Shown: positions 9,139 through 19,605, counted from the first letter of the stretch. The stretch: DNA of 64,000 bases from an uncultured Muribaculaceae bacterium (GCA_964407685.1 CAYOWI010000001.1:34169-98168); one strand, 5' to 3'. The notes: a model not told the origin generated them from the letters alone. Numbers and translations: made by a program.

Positions 9139-9279
9139 AGATTCGTTAAAATAAAAAATCTCACATAAAATATTTGACAAGGACTAAAATATTTGTTAAG
9201 GTTATAACAACAGTGAGTTTGAGAAAGAAATTATTTTTAATTTCAAGCCTCAAAGGGTGAAGAACCTACACGTACTATT

Positions 9280-9317
9280 GCACGGAGTCACTTTTATAGT
9301 GATAACGTGCTTTTTTG
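9280..9317 (+). terminator. Intrinsic terminator/attenuator hairpin inside the leader of the GNAT gene
   Basis: GCACGGAGTCACT-TTTAT-AGTGATAACGTGC followed by TTTTTTG. Lies downstream of a TTGACA promoter-like element and upstream of the GNAT ribosome-binding site. Confidence 0.5.
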
Positions 9318-9348
9318 TTTATCACTATTAGATAAGGAGGTGAATTTT

Positions 9349-9915
9349 ATGATACATAAGGGAACTAAGACTTTAGAAACAGCTAGGTTATTGCTTAGAA
9401 GATTTAAATTAGAAGATGCACAAAAAATGTACGATAATTGGGCTAGTAATCCAAACGTTTCTAAATATGTTACGTGGGATGCTCATAAAGATGTTAATGA
9501 AACCAAAGCTTTGTTAGAAGAGTGGGTTAAAAGATATGATAGTTTAGAGACTTATAAATGGGTTGCTGAACTAAAAGATACAAAAGAGATAATTGGTTCA
9601 ATAGACGTTGTATCAAAAACGTTTTTACCATATGGTGTCTGTGAGATAGGTTACTGTTATGGTGAGGACTTTTGGGGTAAAGGTTATGGTACAGAATGTT
9701 TAAAGGCGGTAATTAGATACTTATTTGAAGAATGTGATGCTGATGTTATATGCGCAGGACATTTATCACAAAATCCTGGTAGTGGTAAAGTAATGATAAA
9801 GAGTGGTTTAACTTATGAAGGAACTCAAAGAGGCAGGTTTATTGATTCTGATGGAATAAGAAATGATTTGCTAACATATTCTTTGACTAAAGAAGAGTAT
9901 AAAAAAATGAAATAA
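9349..9915 (+). CDS. GNAT family N-acetyltransferase (RimL/RimJ-like)
   Basis: RLLLRRF...ED N-terminal region and GNAT core (IGYCYGEDFWGKGYGTE). AAGGAGG ribosome-binding site. Confidence 0.75.
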   Translation: MIHKGTKTLETARLLLRRFKLEDAQKMYDNWASNPNVSKYVTWDAHKDVNETKALLEEWVKRYDSLETYKWVAELKDTKEIIGSIDVVSKTFLPYGVCEIGYCYGEDFWGKGYGTECLKAVIRYLFEECDADVICAGHLSQNPGSGKVMIKSGLTYEGTQRGRFIDSDGIRNDLLTYSLTKEEYKKMK

Positions 9916-9925
9916 GGTAATTATT

Positions 9926-10651
9926 ATGAAAATATTTTTAACTAGTGATTTATTAAATTATAAAAAAGTAAACAATAAACATATTCCTACTAAGATAAAC
10001 AATGATAATGGTATAGTAGATCAATTAAAAGAAAACTTAAAAGGCAATAGAGATATAGTATTTTTTGCCTCGTCTAAAAGTGATTACTCTAAAACCGATA
10101 ATTACGCTAATATCTTGTTTGAATCTTTGAAATTATCTGGTATTTCGTTTTATAATTACTATATTATAGATGATAGGTTTAAAGGTAGTATAAAAAGTAT
10201 AATAGATAAATGTGATATGGTATTTATTGCGGGTGGAGATACTTTAGAAGAAATGAAATTTTTTAATGATATAGAATTGAAAGATTTATTAAAAGGTTAC
10301 AATGGAGTTATTATGGGAATAAGTGCAGGAGCAATCAATTTGGCATATGATGTTTATAATAGTCCAGAATTTAAGGAAGATTTAGAAAAAGAATCAAAAT
10401 GGAAGGGTTTATGTTTAACTCATATTAATATAGAACCACACTTTGTGTATTCTGATAAAAGTTTTACTCAAAATGAAAAATTGCAAAGAAAAGAAGTCTT
10501 AAAGGAATCTTATAATAGGGTATTATATGGCCTTTTAGATGGAAGCCATATAACTGATATTGATGGAAGAGTGAATTTTTATGGTACTTGTTATAAAATA
10601 TCAAATGGAAAAATCACTTTGATATGTAAAAACAATAAAAGAAGTATATAG
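9926..10651 (+). CDS. Peptidase S51 family protein (paralogue of the protein at 7121-7765)
   Basis: IAGGDTLEEM and GISAGAINLA motifs, with the same architecture as 7121-7765. Confidence 0.6.
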   Translation: MKIFLTSDLLNYKKVNNKHIPTKINNDNGIVDQLKENLKGNRDIVFFASSKSDYSKTDNYANILFESLKLSGISFYNYYIIDDRFKGSIKSIIDKCDMVFIAGGDTLEEMKFFNDIELKDLLKGYNGVIMGISAGAINLAYDVYNSPEFKEDLEKESKWKGLCLTHINIEPHFVYSDKSFTQNEKLQRKEVLKESYNRVLYGLLDGSHITDIDGRVNFYGTCYKISNGKITLICKNNKRSI

Positions 10652-10744
10652 CTATTAATTATAGCCTATATATTTTTTTAAATTAAAGTGGAAATAAAAC
10701 ATAATTTATAGTATAATTGTATCGTATAGGAGGCGAATATAATA

Positions 10745-11212
10745 GTGCCAAAGATAAAGAAGTTCATAAAAAAATATAATAAACAGCTTAAAATAGGGAT
10801 AGTAATTTTGTTAGTATTAATAGTACTTTTAATACTTTATAAGTCTTTGTTTTATTCTAGTTCTGAAAAGGCTGCTTATGGTGTTAGATTAAGAGATATA
10901 AAAGAAAATGAATTTACCAGTAAAGAACAAAAGGAAGTAAAAGAAAAATCATCTTCCATTGATGGTGTTTCTTCACTTAAAATAACTGTTAAAGGAAGAC
11001 TTATAAAGTTTTTTGTTAGTTTTGATGCTGGTGTTAGTAATGGAGATATAAAAAATAAGTTTAATGAAATGGTAGGCTTTTTTAGTGAAAAGGTAAAGGG
11101 TTATTATGATATTACTTTTTATGCGATCCAAGATAAAGAAGGAAAAGAAACTTATCCTATAATTGGGTATAAACATAAAAGTAAAGAAGCAATGACTTTT
11201 GACGAACTTTAA
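10745..11212 (+). CDS. Membrane-anchored hypothetical protein
   Basis: GTG start after AGGAGG. N-terminal TM helix followed by a soluble domain. No recognised family. Confidence 0.45.
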   Translation: MPKIKKFIKKYNKQLKIGIVILLVLIVLLILYKSLFYSSSEKAAYGVRLRDIKENEFTSKEQKEVKEKSSSIDGVSSLKITVKGRLIKFFVSFDAGVSNGDIKNKFNEMVGFFSEKVKGYYDITFYAIQDKEGKETYPIIGYKHKSKEAMTFDEL

Positions 11213-11224
11213 GAGGTGGTAATA

Positions 11225-13288
11225 ATGAGAAAGAAAAAAAATAGTAAGTGGTTAGTTGGTCTTTTTATAACACTACTTGTTGTAGTGCTAATTATTCTCA
11301 TAAACTTTAGTAAGGGTTCAAAAGAAAATACCAAACTAAATTTAACCGAAAAAAAATGGATTGAGAATAATAAAAAAGATGTAATAAATGTTTCGATTGC
11401 AAATAACATACCGGGTTTTAGTAGTGAAGGAGAAGGGGTATTTTTTGACTATATTAAAAAATTAGAAGAAAAAACTGACTTATCTTTTAACTTGATTTCT
11501 TACGATGCTGATGAAGATACAACTACAAATGATTTATATTTTGAAGTTGTAAAAGGAGATTTAGTAAATAAATTATCTGATGATGATATGGTGTTTTTTA
11601 AAGACTATTATGTATTAGTAAGCAAAGATGAAGATAAAATAACTGATCCTGGTAACATAATAAATAAAAAAATAGGTGTATTAAGTAGTGATTTAGCACT
11701 TGTTAGTTATTTTATACCATCATCTAACGGAATATCATATACTTCGTATCAGAATTCTTCTGAAATAAAAAATGCGCTTACGAGTTCTAGTGTTGATTAT
11801 ATTGCCATTCCAAAAACTAGGTATTCATCATATATAATATCTAATTCATATCACGTTGTATACAACATGACTGAGTTAAAGGAAGCGTATGTATTAAAGA
11901 CTTCTAAAGATACAAATAAGAATTTATCCAGCATTGTTAGAAAAAACTTTATAGAGTATAAAAATGATACGTTACAGAACGTATATAATGAAACTTTAAT
12001 GGGATTATTGTTAGAGGAAAATAATATATCTGAAAAATCAAAAGCGGACTTTTTAAGTAAAAAATACGTTTTTGGATATTTAGAGAACGAACCATATACT
12101 AACACTATTAATAATAAACTAATTGGTCTTGATAGTACGTACATCAATTCGTTTAGTTCGTTAACTGGGGCATCCTTTACCATCAAAAAATATCGTTCTG
12201 TTAAAGATTTAGCTAACGATTTTAACAATGGTAAGGTTGATGTTGCACCTAATTATTATAATTATTCCAATTTAAAGGGAAATTATGCAAAAACTATTTC
12301 TCCATATGATGAAGAGTACGTCGTTTTAGTTTATAATACGAAAACTAATGTTGTTGTTAATTCAGTAAGGTCATTAAAAGATAAAAACGTCGTAACAACT
12401 AATAGTACTTTGGCTAGATTTTTGGAAAAAGAAGGAAAAGCTAAAGTAAAAGCATATGATAGAGTTAGTCAGTTAATTAAAAATATAAATAAAGATAGTT
12501 TAATTATATTAGACAAAAACGTTTATGAAATGTATAAAGATAGTGAGTTATCTAAGTACCGTGTAATTTATAACGATAAAGAAAACCTTGAATATGGTTA
12601 TATAATAAGAGATGTAAACGAAAATAGTACATTTAAAAAATTATTCATAACTTATATGGAAATGTCTAATTATAAACAGTTATATAATGTTGCATGGAAA
12701 GAGTTTAAGGTTGATTCTAAAGAAATAAGTTATACTTATTTATACATAATTGGAGCTTTAATACTAGGATTTATAGTATGGCTTTTTGCAAAGAAGAAAA
12801 TAAAGATTAAAAAGAAAGCAAAAAGAGAAGAAACAATTAGATATATAGATCCACTTACTTCTCTTAAAAATCGTAATTATTTAAATAAGAACTTTAAAAG
12901 ATGGGAAAATAATTCTATTTATCCTCAAGCAATAATAGTTATTAATTTAAATAATTTAAGACACGTAAATGATGTATATGGTCATGAAGAAGGAGATAAA
13001 TTAATTAGGTTAGCGGCTAATGTTTTAATAAAAAATCAGTTGGATCAAAGTGATATTATAAGAACCGATGGTAATGAGTATTTAATTTACATGGTTGGGT
13101 ATGAGAAAAATAAGGTTGTTACTTACATGAGAAAGTTATATAAAGAATTAGGGGAACTTCCTTATGGTTATGGAGCAACGCTTGGTTATAGTATGATAGA
13201 AGATGATATTAAAACGATTGATGATGCTATAAATGAAGCTGTTTTAGAAATAAGAGCAAATAAAGAAATGAATAATAAGGGTAAGTAG
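11225..13288 (+). CDS. Membrane sensor with periplasmic solute-binding-like region and C-terminal degenerate GGDEF domain
   Basis: N-terminal TM, ~480-aa extracytoplasmic region, second TM, then a GGDEF-like domain (RYIDPLTSLKNRNYL...). The signature is RTDGNEY instead of R[YF]GG[DE]EF. Confidence 0.7.
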   Translation: MRKKKNSKWLVGLFITLLVVVLIILINFSKGSKENTKLNLTEKKWIENNKKDVINVSIANNIPGFSSEGEGVFFDYIKKLEEKTDLSFNLISYDADEDTTTNDLYFEVVKGDLVNKLSDDDMVFFKDYYVLVSKDEDKITDPGNIINKKIGVLSSDLALVSYFIPSSNGISYTSYQNSSEIKNALTSSSVDYIAIPKTRYSSYIISNSYHVVYNMTELKEAYVLKTSKDTNKNLSSIVRKNFIEYKNDTLQNVYNETLMGLLLEENNISEKSKADFLSKKYVFGYLENEPYTNTINNKLIGLDSTYINSFSSLTGASFTIKKYRSVKDLANDFNNGKVDVAPNYYNYSNLKGNYAKTISPYDEEYVVLVYNTKTNVVVNSVRSLKDKNVVTTNSTLARFLEKEGKAKVKAYDRVSQLIKNINKDSLIILDKNVYEMYKDSELSKYRVIYNDKENLEYGYIIRDVNENSTFKKLFITYMEMSNYKQLYNVAWKEFKVDSKEISYTYLYIIGALILGFIVWLFAKKKIKIKKKAKREETIRYIDPLTSLKNRNYLNKNFKRWENNSIYPQAIIVINLNNLRHVNDVYGHEEGDKLIRLAANVLIKNQLDQSDIIRTDGNEYLIYMVGYEKNKVVTYMRKLYKELGELPYGYGATLGYSMIEDDIKTIDDAINEAVLEIRANKEMNNKGK

Positions 13289-13295
13289 GATAGTT

Positions 13296-14147
13296 ATGAA
13301 AAAAAGTAAAGAAAAAATAAAGGGTAGGATAACTGAAAACATAAGGTTAATGAGTACTCCGTTAATGTCTATACTGCCAGGACAAATATCCTTTTTCGTA
13401 ATATTATCTATTATTCCACTAGCTAGTATACTAGCTATGTTAATATCAAAGTTATCATTTAACTTTGATGCGGTAACTGATTTTGTTTCTCATTATTTGC
13501 CTAGTGGTGTAACAAACATGATACTACTTATTTTTGAACAACAAAAAGTTACAACGTTTGATTTATTCTTTATAATAATGGCGTTTTACTTGGCATCAAA
13601 GGCAACTCATTCGATAATTATTGCTTCAACCCAGATTTATAACGGAGAGCAAAAAGATTTTATTAGAACAAGAATTAAAGCCATTTTAATGCTTATAATA
13701 TTAGTTTTATTAGTAATAACGTTAGTTGGAGTTTTAACTATTGGTGGTAGGTTAGTAGATTATTTAAGCGTTGTAAACGGAAATATTCATCCAATTATTA
13801 ACTGGATATACTTGGTTTTAAAATGGCCTTTTATGTTTTTTATGGTTTTCTTTACAATAAAGGTAATTTATACTATTGCGCCAAATGTTAATATTCCTAG
13901 TAGTAGTGTTAATAAAGGAGCTTTATTAACGACGGTGGTATGGGTAGTATCTACTTATGGTTTTTCATTTTACGTAACAAATTTAGCAAACTATACTAAG
14001 TTTTATGGTAACCTTTCAAATCTTATTATCCTTATGATTTGGATTTACTGGTTATGTTATATATTTGTTTTTGGAATGACCATCAATGAATACAAACTTA
14101 ATAATAAGGAAAGCTTTTCTTTGAAAAAAGAAATAAATGGTGATTAA
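13296..14147 (+). CDS. YihY/BrkB (virulence factor BrkB / former RNase BN) family membrane protein
   Basis: Six-TM topology and family-typical N-terminus (LPGQISFFVILSIIPL). Confidence 0.7.
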   Translation: MKKSKEKIKGRITENIRLMSTPLMSILPGQISFFVILSIIPLASILAMLISKLSFNFDAVTDFVSHYLPSGVTNMILLIFEQQKVTTFDLFFIIMAFYLASKATHSIIIASTQIYNGEQKDFIRTRIKAILMLIILVLLVITLVGVLTIGGRLVDYLSVVNGNIHPIINWIYLVLKWPFMFFMVFFTIKVIYTIAPNVNIPSSSVNKGALLTTVVWVVSTYGFSFYVTNLANYTKFYGNLSNLIILMIWIYWLCYIFVFGMTINEYKLNNKESFSLKKEINGD

Positions 14148-15018
14148 TATGGGAAAAAAATTTGTTTTAACAGTTATAACTTTTTTGACATTAGTAATTT
14201 TTATGCCGATTAGCGTAAAAGCAGAAAATAGAGTTTATTTTGAAAAAGAGGAAATTAATATAGCGCCAGGCGAAACAAAAAAGATTAATATAATAGTAGA
14301 TTCTGATGAGGACTTTACTAAAGTTAATTTTAGTTTGATTACGACTTCTAATAATGTTAATTTTAAATCAGTTGACTTTGTGGATTCCTTCGTAAGAAAT
14401 AGTACGTCGTCAACTGGAAGTAATTATGAACTACAATCAAATGAACCTCAAAAATCAGGTACGGTAATAGGTAGCGTTACAATCGGTGCAAAAGATACAT
14501 CACAATTAGGTGAAGAAGGTTATATAAGGTTAATTAAAACGGCTATAACCTCTAGCAAATTAATTAATTTATCAAATGCACAGTTAAAGTTTACCGTTAG
14601 TAAAGATAAATCTAGTAATAATTATTTATCTAATTTATCCTCTAATATTACGGAGATTGATTTTAAAAAAGACGTTTTAGACTATAATGTTACCGTTGAT
14701 GAAAACATCGATAAATTCGATTTGATGGCGGTTGCAGAAGATTTATCCGCTAGTGTTAACATTTCAGATCAAACTTTGGATAAGGATGTTAATTTAATAA
14801 AGGTTACGGTTTTATCAGAAACGGGAAAGGAAAGAATATATAAAGTTACGGTAAATAAAAAAGGATCAGAAAAAAAGGATCCTAAAAAAGTTACAAAAAC
14901 TACAGAAGTTAAAAATAATAGTAAGGAAAGACCTGGTAAATCATCATGGATTATATTATTGGTATTTTTAAGTAGTGTTATAATATTAGATATTTTATAC
15001 ATAAAAAAGAAGCGATAA
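14137..15018 (+). CDS. Cell-surface protein: signal peptide, possible cohesin-like N-domain, cadherin-like beta-sandwich domain, C-terminal TM anchor
   Basis: Signal peptide. LSNLSSNITEIDFKKDVLDYNVTV...YKVTVNKK matches the cadherin-like beta-sandwich pattern. C-terminal TM plus KKKR. Paralogous in architecture to 52496-54016. Confidence 0.5.
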   Translation: MVINMGKKFVLTVITFLTLVIFMPISVKAENRVYFEKEEINIAPGETKKINIIVDSDEDFTKVNFSLITTSNNVNFKSVDFVDSFVRNSTSSTGSNYELQSNEPQKSGTVIGSVTIGAKDTSQLGEEGYIRLIKTAITSSKLINLSNAQLKFTVSKDKSSNNYLSNLSSNITEIDFKKDVLDYNVTVDENIDKFDLMAVAEDLSASVNISDQTLDKDVNLIKVTVLSETGKERIYKVTVNKKGSEKKDPKKVTKTTEVKNNSKERPGKSSWIILLVFLSSVIILDILYIKKKR

Positions 15019-15112
15019 TACTTCTTTTTCTTTTATAAATAATTAATAAAGTTGATATCTGTTATAGTAATTGAAACCTTTTTATGCTATAATGTTTTTA
15101 CGGGTGATTTAC

Positions 15113-16531
15113 ATGAAGAAATTATATAAAATTATTAAAATTGTTTTTAGTTTTCTTTTATTAGGCACATATTTATATCTATTATATTTATTAAATGATT
15201 TTGGTTTTTTTGCAAACAAAATGTTATTAACCATATTTTTAATTATAATTTTCTTTATGATATTTATTTTGTTTTGTATCTTTAAAATCAAACAGAAATT
15301 TTTAAAGGTACTACTATTTATAATTGGACTAATGGGAATTATATTTAATTTTATAGGTATATATTACTTGAACAGTACTATAAACTTTTTAGAAAATTTT
15401 GGTGATAATAAAGAAGAATACGATTATTACTATGTATTAGCTTTGAAAAAGAGTGGTTATAAAACGATAGATGATTTAGAAAATAAAAAGATAGGTCAAG
15501 TAGAGGGAATGGATTCTGAAGCCTTAAAAAAGATAAAAATTAAATATGATAAAAAAACGTATGAAAAAGTAGAATCATTACTAGATAATCTTAATAATGG
15601 TAATTTAGATGCCATTATTGTAAGTGATATTGAGGAGTATATTTTAGAAGAAGAAAACGAAGACTTTTCTAAAAAGGTGAAGGTTATTTTCACTATAAAG
15701 ATGAAAAAAGAAAACCAGGTTGAAAAATCTGTAAAAGATACATCAGAGGAAAGTTTTTCCGTATATATTAGTGGTATTGATACATCGGGAGCCATATCTA
15801 AGGTATCAAGAAGTGATGTTAATATAGTAGTTACGGTAAATCCTAAGACTAACCAAGTGTTATTAACTACTATTCCAAGAGATTACTATGTACAATTACA
15901 TGGTACTACTGGAAGAAAAGATAAACTAACGCATGCTGGTATATATGGAATTAATATGTCTATTACTACGATAGAGGATTTACTTGATATGGATATAAAT
16001 TATTATGCAAGGGTTAATTTTGATACGGTTGTTCATTTGGTAAATGAGCTTGGTGGAATTAGTATATATTCTGATAGAAACCTACATTTTTGCGATATTA
16101 AAGAAGGATATAATTATTTAATGGGAGATTGTGCTCTTAGGTTTGCAAGAGAAAGAAAATCGTATGAAACCGGAGATAGACACAGGGGAGAAAATCAAGA
16201 AGAAGTTATAAAGGCAATAATAAATAAGCTGCAAAACTCTAGTTCTTTACTAACAAAATATAATTCAATATTAAAAAATCTTGAGAATGATTTTCAAACT
16301 AATGCTTCGCAAGATGAAATAAAAAAACTTGTTAAATTACAGGTTAGTAGCATGCCAAAATGGACCGTTAAAACGTATAATTTAAATGGTAGCGATTCAC
16401 ATAATTATACTTATAGTGGGGGTAACAGAATGCTATATGTTATGGAACCTGATATGACAACGGTTAATAAAACAAAAGAAATTATAAAATCCGTATTAGA
16501 AGGAAAAACTTTTGAAGAAATTGGAATATAA
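15113..16531 (+). CDS. LCP (LytR-CpsA-Psr) family glycopolymer phosphotransferase with extended multi-TM N-terminus
   Basis: LCP core VTVNPKTNQVLLTTIPRDYYV...ARVNFDTVVHLVNELGGISI. Confidence 0.8.
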   Translation: MKKLYKIIKIVFSFLLLGTYLYLLYLLNDFGFFANKMLLTIFLIIIFFMIFILFCIFKIKQKFLKVLLFIIGLMGIIFNFIGIYYLNSTINFLENFGDNKEEYDYYYVLALKKSGYKTIDDLENKKIGQVEGMDSEALKKIKIKYDKKTYEKVESLLDNLNNGNLDAIIVSDIEEYILEEENEDFSKKVKVIFTIKMKKENQVEKSVKDTSEESFSVYISGIDTSGAISKVSRSDVNIVVTVNPKTNQVLLTTIPRDYYVQLHGTTGRKDKLTHAGIYGINMSITTIEDLLDMDINYYARVNFDTVVHLVNELGGISIYSDRNLHFCDIKEGYNYLMGDCALRFARERKSYETGDRHRGENQEEVIKAIINKLQNSSSLLTKYNSILKNLENDFQTNASQDEIKKLVKLQVSSMPKWTVKTYNLNGSDSHNYTYSGGNRMLYVMEPDMTTVNKTKEIIKSVLEGKTFEEIGI

Positions 16532-16543
16532 GGAGTTGTTTAA

Positions 16544-17218
16544 ATGGAAACTATAGATTTAAAAGAAATGCTAGATTATTTCAAATCTAAAATATCAATT
16601 ATTATTTTGATAACTGCGGTAGTTGGAGTGTTAGGATGTGTATATGGGCTTTTTATTCAAGTTCCTAAATATCAATCATCTAGTACAGTATTATTAATTG
16701 GTGGAGCCTCAAGTGATTCGGCCCTTACTTATAATGATGTTTCGTTAAATAAAAACTTAGTTAGTACTTATTCGGAAATAGTTAAAAGTAAAAGGGTGTT
16801 AAACCAAGTAATAGATAACCTAGGATTGGATTATAGTTATTCAAAGCTTTATTCAATGATAAGCGTATCATCGGTTACAAATACTGAGTTAATTAAAATA
16901 ACGGTAACCGATACTGATAAAACAAACGCAATGGATATAACAAATGAAACCACAAATGTATTTGCTAAGGAAATACCAGAGTTATATAACATATCAAACG
17001 TTAACATACTTGATGAAGCAGAAGAAGCATCTAATCCTTCAAACGTAAGTGTTACAAAGCAAGCTATATTATTTATTATGGTAGGGTTAGTATTAGGATT
17101 AGGCGTAGTATTTTTAATATATTACTTTGATAGAACAATTAAATCAGTAGAACAAGTTGAAACGAAATTAGGACTACCTGTTTTAGGTACCGTACAAGAG
17201 TATAAAGGGGGAAAATAA
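16544..17218 (+). CDS. Polysaccharide chain-length determinant / tyrosine-kinase modulator (CpsC/YwqC-like, Wzz)
   Basis: Two TM helices flanking an extracellular loop, with an N-terminus typical of CpsC. Followed directly by the kinase gene. Confidence 0.8.
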   Translation: METIDLKEMLDYFKSKISIIILITAVVGVLGCVYGLFIQVPKYQSSSTVLLIGGASSDSALTYNDVSLNKNLVSTYSEIVKSKRVLNQVIDNLGLDYSYSKLYSMISVSSVTNTELIKITVTDTDKTNAMDITNETTNVFAKEIPELYNISNVNILDEAEEASNPSNVSVTKQAILFIMVGLVLGLGVVFLIYYFDRTIKSVEQVETKLGLPVLGTVQEYKGGK

Positions 17219-17219
17219 A

Positions 17220-17894
17220 ATGAAAGATGAGTTAATAGTTAAAACAAGACCTAAATCAATAATTAGTGAAGATATTAGAACCATTCGTACTAACTTAGAA
17301 TTTTCACTATCAGATGATGATAAAAAGGTTATTATGATAACTTCATCTAACCCTTCAGAGGGTAAAAGCTTTATAAGTAGTAATTTAGCGGTTGCTTTTG
17401 CTCAAAATGATAAAAAAGTTTTACTTATAGACTGTGATTTAAGACTAGGAAGGACACATAAAATATTTGAACTTTCGAATAAAAAAGGGCTATCTAATTT
17501 AATAGCAAAATATGATGAAGAAGTGGTTTATGAAGATTATATACAAAAAACAGATATTAAAAATTTAATAGTTTTATCAAGAGGGGCAGTACCACCTAAT
17601 CCATCAGAGTTATTATCATCTAAGAAATTCAAAAGAATAATTAAGGATTTTGAAAAAATATTTGATTACATAATATTAGATAGTGTTCCTGTAAACGGAC
17701 TTCCTGATGCTTTGGTATTATCTAAAATGGCAGATAAAACAATTATAGTAAGTAAGTATGGTTCTACTGATATAAATAGCTTAGAGGATGCTAAAAAAGC
17801 CTTAGAAAACGTTAATGCAAGTATAGCAGGGGTAGTAATTAATAAGATTCCTAAAGCTAGAAGTAAATATGGGAATTATTATTATGGAGAATAA
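17220..17894 (+). CDS. BY-kinase (CpsD/YwqD-like protein tyrosine kinase)
   Basis: Walker A (SSNPSEGKS), Walker A' (LLIDCDLR), C-terminal Tyr cluster (YGNYYYGE). Confidence 0.85.
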   Translation: MKDELIVKTRPKSIISEDIRTIRTNLEFSLSDDDKKVIMITSSNPSEGKSFISSNLAVAFAQNDKKVLLIDCDLRLGRTHKIFELSNKKGLSNLIAKYDEEVVYEDYIQKTDIKNLIVLSRGAVPPNPSELLSSKKFKRIIKDFEKIFDYIILDSVPVNGLPDALVLSKMADKTIIVSKYGSTDINSLEDAKKALENVNASIAGVVINKIPKARSKYGNYYYGE

Positions 17895-17896
17895 TT

Positions 17897-18622
17897 ATGA
17901 TAGACATACATTCTCATATAATATATGGTATTGATGATGGCTGTAAAACGATTGATGAGTCTATAAATACAATTATAAACTTAAAAAAAATAGGCTTTGA
18001 TAAACTAATATTAACACCTCATTACATAAATGGGTCTAATTATAATAAAAATAATAAAGAAAAGAAAGAAAGATTAAACGTTTTAAAAGAAGAACTTTTA
18101 AAACGTAATATAGACACCTATTTATATTTAGGAAATGAAATATACGTAAATGATGAAATAGATGAATTAGTATTATCTAAAGAAGTAACCACGTTAAATA
18201 AATCTAGATATTTATTAATAGAATTTCCTTTGTATAATAAAGTAAATAATGTTTCTGATTATATCTATGAACTTCAAATAAAAGGTTATAAGATAATAAT
18301 TGCACATCCAGAAAGATATGAGTATTTTAAAGAAAATTATAAAGAAGTGGATAACTTATATGAAAGTGGTGTTTTATTTCAGTGTAACTACGGAAGCTTA
18401 ATTGGAAAATATGGAAAAGAATCTCAAAAACTAATAGAATACCTACTTAAAAATAATATGGTTACGTTTATGTCAACGGATATACATAGACCAGAATCTT
18501 CTATAATAGATAATTTTTCTATTATAAAAGAAAAAATAGAAAATTATATTGGAATAGATGGTTTTAAAAAGATATCACATGATAATGCTTTAAAAGTTAT
18601 AAACGATGAAACAATAGAGTAG
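17897..18622 (+). CDS. PHP-domain Mn-dependent protein-tyrosine phosphatase (CpsB/YwqE-like)
   Basis: MIDIHSHIIYGIDDG N-terminal His motif of CpsB phosphatases. Confidence 0.85.
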   Translation: MIDIHSHIIYGIDDGCKTIDESINTIINLKKIGFDKLILTPHYINGSNYNKNNKEKKERLNVLKEELLKRNIDTYLYLGNEIYVNDEIDELVLSKEVTTLNKSRYLLIEFPLYNKVNNVSDYIYELQIKGYKIIIAHPERYEYFKENYKEVDNLYESGVLFQCNYGSLIGKYGKESQKLIEYLLKNNMVTFMSTDIHRPESSIIDNFSIIKEKIENYIGIDGFKKISHDNALKVINDETIE

Positions 18623-18708
18623 CTATTGTTTTTTTAAGTATTAAGACAATAATTTACATTTTTTTTAATAAGAGTTCATATAATAGATGCTTAAAAAGGA
18701 GATATTAT

Positions 18709-19605
18709 ATGAACTACTATGATGAAATAAAAAAAGAACTAATAAACAATGAAGTATATAAAAAAGTAAAAGATTATTCTAAAAATAAAAGCGATTTAAA
18801 TACTTATTATAACGTTGGTAAACTATTAATAGAAGCACAAGGTGGATAGAAAAGAGCTAAATACGGGGATAATTTAATAAAACAGTATTCTAAAAAATTA
18901 ACCTGTGAATTAGGAAAAGGATATTCTGAACGAAATTTAAAAAATATGAGAAAGTTTTACTTATACCAAAAAGGGCAACCAGTGGTTGCCGATTTAACCT
19001 GGTCTCATTATATTATACTATTATCTATTGAAAACGAAGATGAATTAAGTTATTATATAACCCAAACTATAAATAGGAATTTAAGTAAGAGAAAATTACA
19101 GGAAATAATTAAATTAAAAGAATATCAAAGATTACCTATAAAAACCAAAGAAAAATTAATAAAACAAGAAAAAACAATTATAAGCGATTTTATAAAAAAT
19201 CCAATAATTATAAAAAATAAATATGATTATAAAGATATATCAAAGAAAATTCTAAAGCAATTAATAATAGAGGATTTAGATAACTTTTTATTAGAATTAG
19301 GGGAAGGTTTTACCTATGTTAAAAGTGAATATAAAATAAAAATAGGGAATAATTATAATTACATAGATTTACTTTTATATAATTTAAAATTTAATTGTTA
19401 TGTAGTAGTAGAATTAAAAGTTACGGAATTAAAAAAGGAACATATTGGTCAAATAGAAGTTTATATGAACTATATTGATAAAAATATAAAGGATATAAAT
19501 CAAAATAAAACAATAGGAGTGATAATATCTAAAAAAGATAATATGTTCATAATAGAATATGCATCAGATAAAAGAATATTTAATTCCATGTATGTTTTAA
19601 ATTAA
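18709..19605 (+). pseudogene. DUF1016/YhcG-like (PD-(D/E)XK nuclease-related) gene disrupted by an in-frame TAG; copy 1 of 4
   Basis: MNYYDEIKKELINNEVYKKVKDY... is interrupted by TAG at ~18849, then resumes as the 18946-19605 ORF. Paralogous to 61792-62802, 54131-54392 and 63931-64000. Confidence 0.6.
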
